From contig CM059432.1 of NCBI GenBank assembly GCA_030390025.1, positions 7,502,001 through 7,566,000 of the forward strand: 64,000 nucleotides of DNA, given 5' to 3'. The translations under genes and the position numbers were made by a program. Under the pieces are notes generated by a model that was given only the letters and a program-made list of their open reading frames with translations, made no database searches and had not been told where the DNA came from. Below are positions 1 to 11,489 of this stretch, in pieces; positions within the stretch are counted from its first letter, which is position 1, and the number at the start of each line of letters is the position of its first letter. Origin of the DNA: Squalus acanthias (Eukaryota).

Positions 1-121
1 ATAAACTACTGCTTAAATACCGCAATGTATTAATTCTTGCTTATGCCGAATAAAACCATATAACATAACCAATATGGTGTCAGCGTTGAACAATTGAACG
101 GACAGTACGAAACATCAACAT

Positions 122-503
122 ACCGAGGGAGTGCTGCACTGTCAGCGGTGCCATCTTTAGGATGAGACGTTGAAGCGAGGCCCTGTCTGCCCTCTCAGGC
201 GGACATTGGTCCCGATTTTAACTCCGGGCGGATTCCCCGCTCAGGCCCTGAGTTAAAATTAGTCGAGTCTCAATGATGTCATCAGGCCGCAACATGCATA
301 TGTAAAGAAGGACCCCTGTTGGCTCCGGGCGCGTGTCCTTGCCGCCTGCTCAGGAGGACAGGTTAAAATTGCAGAGGTTGAGATCATGGTGGCTTTCGGA
401 CCGGTAAGAGCCAGGGCGATTTTAACTGCCCACCCGCCAGGTTTCTGCTGAGCTAGTAGGGGTTAAAATCGCCCCCTAAATATCCCATGGCACTATTTTG
501 AAC
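122..503 (+). mobile_element. Deu-domain SINE fragment interrupted by a small MITE
   Basis: GAGGGAGTGCTGCACTGTC...GATGAGACGTT...CCCTCTCAGG matches the body of the SINE repeated throughout the window; resumes as ATCCCATGGCACTATTTTGAA after the insert. Confidence 0.8.
208..477. mobile_element. ~270 bp MITE, Harbinger-like termini
   Basis: Imperfect TIRs GGTCCCGATTTTAACTCC / GGGGTTAAAATCGCCCCC, internal GTTAAAAT repeats, splits a SINE; TSD not clean. Confidence 0.6.
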
Positions 504-595
504 ACAGCCTTCTATTGGCTGAAGATGGGTTGGTATTAATGGGTTGGCCCACCATGTTGGCAATGCTTTAGAACATTGTTTTGATCGGTTTTAAT

Positions 596-974
596 TAGGG
601 TCACCAACCCTCCAGGATTGCCCTGGAGTCTCCAGGAATTAAAGATTAATCTCCCAGACACTGCGGCCAGCAACATCCCGGAGAAAAATCATAGGAGCAA
701 TAAAAAAAATTGTGTTTTTTTTAAGAATTTTCTTTGAACAATTTTGTTTAGTGGTCATGAAAATATTGGACATGGCCGTTTGATTGACAGTCAAGAATCA
801 TCCAATCGGATGGCAAAGAGTCTGTTCGCTTTCCGATTGGCCGTGGGAAGGCGGGGCGATGCGAGGATGGACATGCCGGGCGACCAATGGCAGGAGCGTG
901 GGGGCGGGGCAGGGGGGCGGTCGAAGGCAGGAGGTCATGTGGTGACACCTCACCTTCCAACCAGAGTTGGCAAC
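596..974. mobile_element. hAT-Blackjack-type MITE (right TIR eroded)
   Basis: Starts TAGGGTCACCAAC, ends GTTGGCAAC, resembling TAGGGTTGCCAAC termini; non-coding interior. Confidence 0.55.
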
Positions 975-1523
975 TGGAATTTTAACACCTGGTTGCCAGT
1001 GAAGTATAAATGAAAACATTCAACATTTTTGCAGAGCAGGTGAAAGTATCTGATTTTCAACACATGCTCCCCCTTTTCAACTTTGGCACAGTTGGAAGCC
1101 AGTGAACCAGCCAGGCCCCTGCACCTTGAATGGACGTGCCAATTACTTCAAGTTGCCAATCAAAATATTATTTTGCACTTGCTGCGTGAAATATGCAGCT
1201 GGGGCTGTCATTTGGTTGAATGTCAAAGGAATGACTTCACCTATATTTAAACAGCTGTCCATCCCGGTCTGTCAAGACATTTCATCTGAGGAATGCTCTC
1301 CATTTCAGCTTTTTATTATTACTATTAGGTTCAATCTTCCTGAGGTTATTGGAGATGAATTCCAAATATCTACAGTGAGGCCACGGCGCTCTTTAGCTGA
1401 TCACTATTTTACAGTTCGAAATAGTTCCCATTTTAGCATTAAACGGTATTTGTGGTGGGCGGGGGGAGGGGGGGGGCTTTAGGTATTTTATTATTTTCTC
1501 GGTTTGTATTTCTGATATTCTTT

Positions 1524-1782
1524 CACTCCGCCACTGGCGGCTGCGCCTTCAGCTGCCTGGGCCCGAAGCTCTGGAGTCCCCTCCCTAAACCTCTCCGCCT
1601 CTCTCTCCTCCTTTAAATCTCTCCCTAAAACCCACCTCTTTGACCAAGCTTTAAGGCAGCCTGTCCTAATAGCTACTTATGTGACTCGGTGTCAGGTTTT
1701 GTCTGATAATCGCTCCCGTGCAGCGCCTTGGGACGTTTTACTACGTTAAAGGCGCTATATAAATACAAGTTGTTGCTGTTGC
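1524..1782 (+). mobile_element. L2 LINE 3' end
   Basis: Same 3' sequence as the L2 copy at 51171-52062; ends AAAGGCGCTATATAAATACAAG(TTG)n. Confidence 0.8.
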
Positions 1783-2013
1783 TCCGAGTGTAAGCTCCAC
1801 TGTGTATTACATATGCAAAAAATATTCTTGCCCCAAGTAATTTCAAGAAGAATACCGGGACTTGCGAATCACTAGAACATTCTTTTATTCATAATATATT
1901 CTGAATAAACATAAATGTTTTCTCTTACTTTGAACAAAAAAGTAAAGTACTATCCTTTTCAATGATTTCTTTGAATGGAATAGGCTATGGAGCCTCTCAA
2001 TTGTTGGTGGTAT

Positions 2014-2484
2014 TAGAAACATAGAAAAATAGGAGCAGGAGTCAGCCATTCGGCCCTTCAAGCCATTCAATATGATCGTGGCTGATCCTCTATCTCAATA
2101 CCATATTCCCGCTCTCTCCCCCATACCCCTTGATGCCTTTTGTGTCTAGAAATCTATCGATCTCCTTCTTAAATATATTCAGTGACTTGGTCTCCACAGC
2201 CTTCTGTGGTAGAGAATTCCACAGGTTCACCACCCTCTGAGTGAAGAAATTTCTCCTCATCTCAGTCCTAAATGTCCTACCCCGTATCCTGAGACCCCTC
2301 GTTCTAGACCCCCCCAGCCAGGGGAAATATCCCCTCTGTATCCAGTCTGTCTAGCCCTGTCAGAATTTTATACGTTTCAATGAGATCCCCTCTCATTCTT
2401 CTAAACTCGAGCGAATACAGGCCTAGTCGACCCAATCTCTCCTCATACGACAGTCCTGCCATCCCAGGAATCAGTCTGGTGAAA
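2014..2484 (-). mobile_element. CR1/HER1-type LINE, 5'-truncated
   Basis: ORF 2304-2489 FTRLIPGMAGLSYEERLGRLGLYSLEFRRMRGDLIETYKIL, conserved 3' UTR and TTCTATG-type tail. Confidence 0.9.
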
Positions 2485-2613
2485 GTCATTATAAGTCATT
2501 CGCACCATAATATCATCAGTATTACCTGAATGACTGGGACCTCCATTAAGTTCCCTTCAATGGACATTTGGTACCTTGAGTAAAATCAGAATCTCCAAAA
2601 CGAGAAACATATA

Positions 2614-3378
2614 GGACCAGATTTTGGCGTAGGGGGTCATCTACCAGCGTCTGCTGTTAATTCAACTTGCCCCCGCATCCTTCAGCTCAAAACATTTTTG
2701 TCCACCAAGTTGCTGAAAGTGCGAGCTGATAACGGCGCTGTGAGGGAAACAGGACATCTGGGACCTGTGCATCTCCTTAACCAGTGAGATTGAAGGATTG
2801 AGAAGTAAACAGCAGAAGGACTGAACAGGAAGTGTAAGTTACAGTGGGTGAATTCAATGTCAAATTGGGTACAGATAGAGAAATAAAGAGAAAGAAAGAA
2901 AGATTGGATTCAGAGAGAGGGAAAAAAAGACAGAAAGGAAAAGTAAAACCAAATGTAAAAATGTTAAATTTAAAATTTTTTAAAATCTCCAACAATTAAA
3001 ACCTGAAGGAATGAGACTCCACACTTGTAAAGTTAATTTTCAGTGCCAGAGAGGTTGACTGGCAGTAATTGACAATTATCATGTCGTTAATAGGGTTCTT
3101 GTGCTTGAAATGACAAGGCTTAACTTTCCGTGGCGAGTTTAGTTCGCCTCTGCCGCGCAAATGCAGCAACTTCACGCCTCTCAATGCATCTCGATGGTGA
3201 GGCAGACAACGAGATGCCGTTTTCGCGAAGCGGAGCGAGGCAACTTGAACAGCAACTTTTGGATATTGGCATTTAATCGCGTATCTCTGCCCCTCGCCTG
3301 AAGTTGCTGTACCAGTTACCCATAAATAACGGCGAGCGCCATCGGCCTCACCGCTCATTTGACAGCGAATTCTGGCCC
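2614..3378. mobile_element. Harbinger-like non-autonomous DNA transposon (partial relative at ~24567-25110)
   Basis: Degenerate TIRs GGACCAGATTTTG / CGAATTCTGGCCC; an inverted homologous segment begins GGCCCAGAATTTGC at 24567. Confidence 0.55.
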
Positions 3379-3825
3379 ACTGGTATGTTTTATCACCGGG
3401 CAGAAGCAGATTCCTCCAAACGTATTGTCACAAAGACAAAAGTGTAGCTGTAGGAAAGGCATAAATCAATGGGGATTATATCTGATGTGAGTGGGGACTT
3501 CCGGATACCTTTAAAGTGGAAAGATCCAGAAGATGGCTGTAGAGAGCTGAGTTTAAGGGAAATAGTGCTTCATCAACATCAGTGCAATTAACCAGCCTGA
3601 GCTCCAAACTGAACACTATTGTTCAGTCCAAGGTGTCCTGGCAGGTTTGTTATACATCGACTGTAAAAGCTGCCTTATGATGAGATCGTAAAGACATTAT
3701 TTTTCTCTTTCTCTTTTGCTTTTGCTCGTCGGATTTTTATTACCTACATTACTACACTTCAAAAGTACTTCACTGGCTGTAAAGCACTTTGGGACGCCCT
3801 GAGGTTGTGAAAGGTGCGATATAAA

Positions 3826-4265
3826 TAGAAAGACAGACTTGCATTTCTATAGCGCCTTTCCCGACCTCAGGACGTCCCAAAGCGCTTTACAGCCAATGAA
3901 GTACTTTTTTGAAGTGCAGTCACTGTTGTCATGTAGGAAACGCGGCAGCCAATTTGCGCACAGCAAGCTCCCACAAACAGCAACGTGATAATGACCAGAA
4001 AATCTGTTTTAGTGATGTTGATTGAGGACATCGGGGAATAACTCCCCTGCCCTTCTTCGATATAGTACCATGGTAAATTTTACATTCACCTGAGAGAGCA
4101 GACAGGGACTCGGTTTAACATCTTATCCAGAAAGACGGCCCCTCTGACAGTGCAGCACTCCCTCAGTACTGCACTGGAGTGTCAGCCTAGATTATTGTGC
4201 TCACATCCCTGGAGTGGGACTTGAACCCACAACCTTCTGACTCAGAGGCGAGAGTGCTTCCCACT
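3826..4265 (-). mobile_element. tRNA-derived Deu-domain SINE (SacSINE1-like); head continues at 6276-6298
   Basis: tRNA-like head with B box GGTTCAAGTCC, central Deu-like domain, L2-like tail; head split by the 4266-6275 insertion. Confidence 0.85.
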
Positions 4266-4385
4266 TTTTTTTTAATATATTATTTATTGAACATTAAAAG
4301 CATTTATAACATGGTGATCATTCCATTGTATCACACAAATCCATTCCGCCGCTCTGCACAGCCATTCCTCCATCACATATTAACA

Positions 4386-4502
4386 TCAAAACCTGAAGTT
4401 TAATTTGTCTCCCATAACATATACTAATCTATTGTACTTTAAAAATTGATCAGTAATCATGGCTCCGAATAAGGGAAGTATGCCTGATAATCCCCCCGTC
4501 AT
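4386..4502 (-). pseudogene. 38-codon ORF2 remnant (MTGGLSGILPLFGAMITDQFLKYNRLVYVMGDKLNFRF)
   Basis: ATG overlaps the ORF1 stop (ATGA, 4502-4499) and reads open to TGA at 4388-4386, just before the 3' UTR. Identity as fused ORF2 termini is inference. Confidence 0.5.
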
Positions 4503-6058
4503 TTAATCTCCGGCCCTTCCCTCCTCCCATGCTCCTTCCCAACATTTCGGACAGCTGTTACTTTCTCCTGCAGCCTCCGGCTCTTTTTCACCTCCTGTTT
4601 GAACCTTCCCTGCAGTTTCAGCCTCTTCCTTACATTAGGTTTGGGCTGAGGAGCTGCCCCTTCTCCCTCCTTCTGCCCCTCACTAACCTTTCCCTTTCCA
4701 CACGATGCCACCCCACCCCCCACTTCCATGTCTCTGTCCCCCTCTGACTCCTCACTCTCGAGCTCTTCTGTAACCTCCCATCCCTGCTCCCCGTCAGATA
4801 CATAATCTCCCTTAGACAGTCTTCCTGCTATCAGGGTTTCTCCAACAGTGCCACTCCCTTCGGCCTCATCTCCACCGCTGATCCTTGTTCCCCGTTTCTT
4901 CTCTCTCTGGGACAATGGCGCATCTGCACCTATCTTGCTCCCTTCTGGCGTCTTTGTCTCCCTGCTCCCATCCTGCTGCCCCTTTAAGGCTCCTGCCTCT
5001 TGCACTCTCTCCTTGTCTTGCCCCCTCCTGCTCCCTGAGATGTCCGACTCCCCGTCTTTCTTTGGAGTACTTACACCTACCCCGCACCCCGCTCCCACCT
5101 CCTCTCCCCCCGCAAACACCAGACTCTTTAGGGAGAGCCGAGCCGTATTATGGCTCGACTCTGCCCTCGACCCGTGCTGCCCTCTGCTGTCTTTGTCCTT
5201 TTCCACCGTACTTAGTGTGTTTTCCACCATCTCCATCCTGTTCTCTGCTCCGCATATTTCTGCCTCTTCCTGCACTCTTTTCTCCTTCCATTCACCAGCT
5301 GTGTCCTCTGTCTGCTCCGCTCCTCCAGCCGCTCCACTCACACCTCCTGCTCCTTCTCCTTCTCCCATCTCCTCGTCACTCAAGGGGCTTCCTTCTGCCT
5401 CACACTCACAGCGGGTGAGGCCTTTGTGACACACCCCACAGCTCTCCGCCTTGCGACTCCGAGCGATGTGTCCAGACTCACCGCAGTTATAACAGTACAA
5501 GTCTGGACAGCTTCTTACAAGATGGTCGTGTCCAAGACAATAATAACAAACCTTCACTTGATTATCATACAGTACCCGGAAGTACTGCACTCCTTCCATT
5601 GTCTCAAATTTCATGCTATACGGCAATGACTTCACCCCCTCTGGGAACCGCACCTTTACATAACGGATTCCATCTGCTACCCGCATTCCTGGATAGTATC
5701 TCCGCTTTATTGCCGAGCAAATTTTAATGCCCCACGACTCCAACTTTTTTATTAGCACATCGTCCTCAATATAAACTGGCAGGTTTAAGAATGAGACCAC
5801 CACCTCTTCAGAATATAGCAGAGATACCTCCAAGAACTTATCTCCAACCTTCAAACTCAGTAAAAGTCTTTCCACCTCCTCTCGGCCACTGACCGTCACC
5901 TTGAACCCAATATTTGGCTTTGGTCGGCAGGCAAAGCAGCTTCCCTCGCCGCAGTCCTCATGTACCGCCCGGATAATATCCCAAGCTCGTATCTCCTTAT
6001 CCTCGCACTGAACCACCACCATGTTTTCTTTTCCAAACCTCCTGGGGTCCCGACCCAA
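4499..6058 (-). CDS. Tx1/L1-type ORF1 gag-like protein with zinc knuckles (ZCCHC3-like N-terminal domain)
   Basis: 519 open codons; RRYYPGMRVADGIRYVKVRFP...SLPYS motif, CYYCLGHDHLVRSC knuckle, second knuckle CYNCGESGHIARSR (last C lost), CGVC...CEC, acidic low-complexity C-terminus. An in-frame TAA separates it from an upstream ATG at 6115. Confidence 0.85.
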   Translation of the reverse strand: MGRDPRRFGKENMVVVQCEDKEIRAWDIIRAVHEDCGEGSCFACRPKPNIGFKVTVSGREEVERLLLSLKVGDKFLEVSLLYSEEVVVSFLNLPVYIEDDVLIKKLESWGIKICSAIKRRYYPGMRVADGIRYVKVRFPEGVKSLPYSMKFETMEGVQYFRVLYDNQVKVCYYCLGHDHLVRSCPDLYCYNCGESGHIARSRKAESCGVCHKGLTRCECEAEGSPLSDEEMGEGEGAGGVSGAAGGAEQTEDTAGEWKEKRVQEEAEICGAENRMEMVENTLSTVEKDKDSRGQHGSRAESSHNTARLSLKSLVFAGGEEVGAGCGVGVSTPKKDGESDISGSRRGQDKERVQEAGALKGQQDGSRETKTPEGSKIGADAPLSQREKKRGTRISGGDEAEGSGTVGETLIAGRLSKGDYVSDGEQGWEVTEELESEESEGDRDMEVGGGVASCGKGKVSEGQKEGEGAAPQPKPNVRKRLKLQGRFKQEVKKSRRLQEKVTAVRNVGKEHGRREGPEIK

Positions 6059-6824
6059 ATCTTTGGGCCTTTATTTCTCCCTTCCCCCAACATTTTCTCC
6101 CCTGATTAAATTCATCCTGGGAACATTGTCCGCTGAGTGGCCTGGCACTGTTTAAGGACCAAAAGCCCTTAAACCTGAAAAAAAAAACCACCGCCAACTT
6201 TTTACAAACTCACTCCAACTCCCTGCAATAATCAAGCACCCAGCAGTTCCTGCTCACTCCTAGCCCCTCCACCTAGAGAGTGCTACCCACTGAGCCAATG
6301 GGAGCTCTGTCTTTCTGCTTTTCTTCTTCCCTACTCTTTCCTTATCTTTCTTTTTTTCCGTTTGTAACACGAATCACTTTCACACAGTCAGCCTCCAGCA
6401 GTCCAGAATTTACAACTTCTGGTGCTGGCCACAGTCTTCTCTCTGATGATGTGATTATTTTTCAGAAATTGCTTTTCCACTGAGATTGTCAAGCTGTGTC
6501 TGAAGATGCCGATTGCGTGCTCTGTTAGCTATACCCATTACAGTCTAGTAGTCTATCTCAGCTGTAACAAGTCGAAAATGTCTGATGTTGAATACAAGCC
6601 TTTTTGAATTCCATTTCATATCTTTTGATGTTTTCAAGATAAATAATGTTGATAAATTAATTGAAATATACTGCTAATGAGAACATAAAAGAAATAGGAG
6701 CAGGAGTAGGCCATATGGCCCATCGGGGAAAGAGCAGGGGAGCGGGACTAACTGGATGGTTCTTTCAAAGAGCTGGCACAGGGCCGAATGGCCTCCTTCT
6801 GTGCTGTATCATTCGATGATTCTA

Positions 6825-7220
6825 AGTCCAGAGACTTGAAGACCTAAGCCAGGCTGCCACTTCAGTGAAGAAACTGAGAAAGTGATGAACTGTCGGATGT
6901 GCCGTCTTTCAGATAAAGCACCAAACTGAAACCCCGTCTGCCCTCTCAGTGGACATAAAGGATTTCATGGCACTATTCAAAGAATAGCAGGGGAGTCCTC
7001 CCCGGTATCCTGGCGAACATATATGCCTCAACCAACATCACTAAAACAGATTATCTGGTCATTATCACATTGCTGTTTGTGGGAGCTTGCTGTGCGCAAA
7101 TTGGCTGCCGCATTCCCCTACATGACAAAAGTGGCTCCACTTCAAAGGTACTTCATTGGCTGTAAAGCGCTTTGGGACGTCCTGAGGTCATGAAAGGTGC
7201 AAAATGAACGCAAGATTTTT
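6825..7220 (+). mobile_element. Deu-domain SINE, diverged
   Basis: Body and tail align with other copies (e.g. 46208-46682). Confidence 0.8.
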
Positions 7221-7348
7221 CTATCCTCAATTCAAAGAAAAGTAAATTGTGAGTTTTATTTGTGCATATTTTTGGCATCTCTTTTGGAGTATAAGAGACA
7301 GATACTTAAATTTCCTTTTTGTGGTCATTTACATTTTTAAATTATTAC

Positions 7349-9513
7349 ATAGAATTACATCGACTTTACAGCACAGAAACAGGCCAGTTGGCCCAACTGG
7401 TCCGTGCCGGTGTTTATGCTCCACACGAGCCTCCTCCCACCCCTCTTCATCTCACCCCATCAGCATATCCTTCTATTCCTTTCTCCCTCAGGTGTTTATC
7501 TCGCTTCCCCTTAAATGCTTCCATGCTGTTTGTCTCAACCACTTCCTGTGGTAGCGAGTTCCACGTTCTCACCACTCTCTGGGTAAAGAAGTTTCTTCTG
7601 AATTCTTAATAGGATTTATTGGTGACCATCTTATATTTATGGCCCCTAGTTTTGGACTCCCCCACAAGTGGAAAGATCTTCTCTACATCCACCCTATCGA
7701 ACCCCATCATAATTTTAAAGACCTCTGTCAGGTCGCCTCTCAGCCTTCTTTTCTAGAGAAGCTAGAGACTATTTCTCAGCGTGTGTCGTTAAGAACATAA
7801 GAAATAGGAGCAGGAGTTGGCCATTCGGCCCCTCGAGCCTGCTCCGCCATTTAATGAGATCATGGCTGATCCGATTTTGGACTCAACTCCATTTCCCGGG
7901 CCGCTCCCCATAACCCTTGACGCCCCTGTTGCTCAACAATCTGCAGACGACACAAAGCTGGGTGGGCGTGTGTGCTGTGAGGAGGATGCAGAGAAACTCC
8001 AGTATGATTTGGACAGGTTGGGTGATTGGGCAGATGCATGGCAGATGCACTATAACGTGGATAAATGCGAGGTTATCCACTTTGGTGGCAAAAACAGGAA
8101 GACAGATTATTATCTGAACGGCAATAGATTGGGAAAAGGGGAAGTGCAACGAGATCTGGGAGTCCTTGTGCACCAGTTGCTGAAGGTAAGCATGCAGGTG
8201 CAGCAGGCGGTTAAGAAGGCAAATGGTATGTTGGCCTTCATAGCGAGAGGATTCGAGTATAGGAGCAAGGATGTCTTGCTGCAGTTGTACAAGGCCTTGG
8301 TGAGACCACACCTTGAGTATTGTGTGCAGTTTTGGTCGCCTTATCTGAGGAAGGATGTTCTTGCCATGGAGGAAGTGCAGCAAAGATTTACCAGACTGAT
8401 ACCTGGGATGGCAGGAATGACGTATGAAGAGAGATTGGGTCGATTAGGCTTATATTCGCTAGAGTTTAGAAGAATGAGAGGGGATCTCATTGAAACTTAT
8501 AAAATTGTAACAGGACTAGACAGACTAGATGCAGGAAGGAGGTTCCCGATGGCGGGGAGTCCAGAACCAGAGGTTACAGTCTAAGGATAAGGGGTAAGCC
8601 ATTTAGGACTGAGATGAGGAGGAATTTCTTCACCCAGAGAGTGGTGAACCTGTGGAATTCTCTACCACACAAGGCAGTTGAGGCCAATTCATTAAATATA
8701 TTCAAGAAGGAGTTGGATATATTTCTTAAGGCTAAGGGGATCAAGGGATATGGGGAGAAAGCAGGGACAGGGTACTGAATTTGGATGATCAGCCATGATC
8801 TCATTAAATGGCGGAGCAGGCTCGAGGGGCCGAATGGCCTACTTCTGCTCCTATCTTCTATGCTTCTGCGCTTCTATGTCAATCTCCAGCTTGAATATAT
8901 TCAATGAATCCGCCTCCACAGCTCTCTGGGGTAGAGAATTCCAAAGATTCACGACCCTCTGAGAGAAGAAATTCCTCCTCATCTCCGTTTTAAATGGGCG
9001 ACCCCTTATTCTGAAACTGTGCCCCCTAGTTCTAGATTCCCCCACGAGGGGAAACATCCTCCCTGCATCTACCTTGTCGTGCCCCCTCAGAATCTTATAT
9101 GTTTCAATAAGATCACCTCTCATTCTTCTAAACTCCAATGAGGATAGGCCCAACCTGCTCAACCTTTCTTCATAAGGCAACCCCTTCAACTCAGGAATCA
9201 ACCTAGTGAACCTTCTCTGAACTGCCTCCAATGCAAGTATATCGTTCCTTAAATAAGGAGACCAAAACTGTACGCAGTACTCTAGGTGTGGTCTCACCAA
9301 TGCCCTGTACAGTTGCAGCAAGACTTCCCTACTTTTATACTCCATCCCCCTTGCAATAAAGGCCAATATTCCATTTGCCTTCCTAATTACTTGCTGTACC
9401 TGCATGCTAACTTTTTGTGTTTCATGTACGAGTACACCCAGATCCCTCTGTACCACAGCATTCTGTAGTCTCTCTCCATTTAAATAATATTTTGCTTTTT
9501 TATTCTTCCTACC
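7349..9513. mobile_element. Cluster of CR1/HER1-type LINE fragments (7349-7760 -, 7790-7940 -, 7941-8878 +, 8879-9513 -)
   Basis: ORFs 7817-8584 (ADDTKLGG...LVRPHLEYCVQFWSPYL) and 8851-9540 are CR1 ORF2 C-termini; 3' UTR stem-loops present. Confidence 0.9.
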
Positions 9514-9566
9514 ATGGATTTGATTGATATTTTCTATCATATGAGGAGGGACAGTGCGCCATTGTT

Positions 9567-10251
9567 TCAGTTCGCAATCTTGGTGTCATATTTGACCCTG
9601 AAATGAGCTTCCGAACACATATCCACGCAAAACTAAGACCGCCTATTTCCACTTCCGTAACATCGCCCGTCTTCTCTCATCCGCTGCTGAAACCCTCATC
9701 CATGCCTTTGTTACCTCTAGACTTGACTGTTCCAACGCACTCCTGGCTGGCCTCCCACGTTCTCCACCCTACGTAAACTTGAGGTCATCCAAAACTCGGC
9801 TGCCCGTGTCCTAACTCGCACCAAGTCCCGTTCGCCCATCACCCCTGTGCTCGCTGACCTACATTGGCTCCCGGTTAAGCAACGGCTCGATTTTAAAATT
9901 CTCATCCTTGTTTTCAAATCCCTCCATGGCCTCGCCCCCTCCCTATCTCTGTAATCTCCTTCAGCCCCACAAACCCCCGAGATATCTACACTGTTCTAAC
10001 TCTGTCCTCTTGAGCATCCCCGATTTTAATCGCTCAACCATTGGCGGCCGTGGTTTCAGCTGCCTAGGCCCTAAGCTCTGGAATTCCCTCCCTAAACCTC
10101 TCTACCTCTCTCTCCTCCTTTAAGACACTCCTTAAAACCTACCATCTGACCTAATTTCTCCTTATGTGGCTCGGTGTCAAATTTTGTTTGAAGTGCCTTG
10201 GGACGTTTTACTATGTTAAAGGCGCTATATAATTACAAGTTGTTGTTGTTG
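9567..10251 (+). mobile_element. L2 LINE 3' portion
   Basis: Encodes fragments like HAFVTSRLD and LADLHWLPV; ends in (TTG)n tail. Confidence 0.85.
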
Positions 10252-10609
10252 CTTCATAAATTCCCTCTGTAGTTTTTTTGGTAGTTTTTAGCCAAGCCAT
10301 GGGGATGAAATTATTTATTCTACAGTCCTTCAGTCAAGGAAGATCACGAAGACTCATGTTTTAACCAGCTGCTGAAATACAGTGCCAAAGGATTTCTGCT
10401 TGAGCCCTGGGCTAACTACGAATTACCTAGGTATTGGGCTGCTAAATGCTCACTCCAGGCCATAGGGATTGAAAGCGTGCCTATGGGATTTATCTGAGAT
10501 GTGGAACCCAAAAATATCTAGAGTAAAGACCAACAGTGTAACAGTTAAATCATTGGCATATGGGCTTACTTTTCTCACTGTCGCTTCAAGTGCTGCAGGC
10601 ACTAATGAT

Positions 10610-10960
10610 CCAGTGGCTCAGAGGGTAGCACCCTTCGCCTCTGAGTTACGAAGGTTGTGGGTTCAAGTCCCACTCAAGAGACTTGGGCAAATAATCTCGG
10701 CTGACACTCCAGTGCAGTACTGAGGGAGTGCTGGACTGTCAGAGGTGCCGTCTTTCGGATGAGACGTTAAACCGAGGTCCCCGTCTGTTCTCTCAAGTGG
10801 ACGTAAAAAGATCACATGGCCACTATTTTGAAGAAGAGCAGGGGACATTCTCTCCGGTGTCCTGGCCAATATTTATCCCTCAATCAAAATAACTGAAACA
10901 GATTATCTGCTCATTATCACATTGCTGTTTGTGGGAGCTTGCTGTGTGCAAATTAGCTGC
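10610..10960 (+). mobile_element. Deu-domain SINE
   Basis: A box TGGCTCAGAGGGTAG, B box GGTTCAAGTCC, Deu-like body. Confidence 0.85.
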
Positions 10961-11489
10961 ACTGCGACATCATGGAGTGTGAGCACTACGATCGCTAGCC
11001 CTGAAGATAATTAGTTCAGTTTTGCAGAGTCTTGCGTAAAAATAGAAGTCCTGGAAATTAATTCTGTGGAATTATCTGACAGCAGCTTGCAGCGAACAAT
11101 CCACACACAGCTAGTTCCGATAAGGATTTACCTGATTATCGCATATTTGTATAATCGTGCTTTGAACATAGCTTTTTGGAACTGCAAGCAACATTCATGT
11201 ACTTATAAATGTAGTATATGAATAACATATTCATATGTTATTAAAATGTGTCCTGGTCAATATTTATCCCTCAACCAACACCTAAAAGCAGATGATCTGG
11301 TCATTATAACATTGCTGTTTGTGGGAGCTTGCTGTGTGTAAATTGACTGCCGCGTTTCCTATATTACAACAGTGACTACACTCCAAAAGTACTTGATTGG
11401 CTGTAAACCGCTTTTTGGGACGTCCGGTGGTTGTGAAAGGCGCTATATAAATGCAAGTTTTCTTTTTATTACAGCAGTTACCAGTGTGT

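Larger units (their letters stand above)
4266..6275 (-). mobile_element. Non-autonomous Tx1/L1-type retrotransposon (ORF1-only, HAL1-like)
   Basis: 16-bp TSD GAGAGTGCT(T/A)CCCACT at 4250-4265 and 6276-6291; AATAAA (4283-4288, minus) and short poly(A) (4266-4273); gag-like ORF1; no endonuclease/RT. Confidence 0.85.

Noticed and set aside
1102..1482. 126-aa ORF in unique sequence
   Set aside because: GTG start, no recognisable domain, no convincing splice signals.
4529..5629. Plus-strand ORFs (4529, 4848, 4885, 5426)
   Set aside because: Antisense shadows of the purine-rich ORF1.
4499..6058. Host ZCCHC3-like gene or processed pseudogene
   Set aside because: Transposon-style ORF1 with coupled ORF2 remnant, TSD and damaged knuckle fits a retroelement better; no gene symbol assigned.
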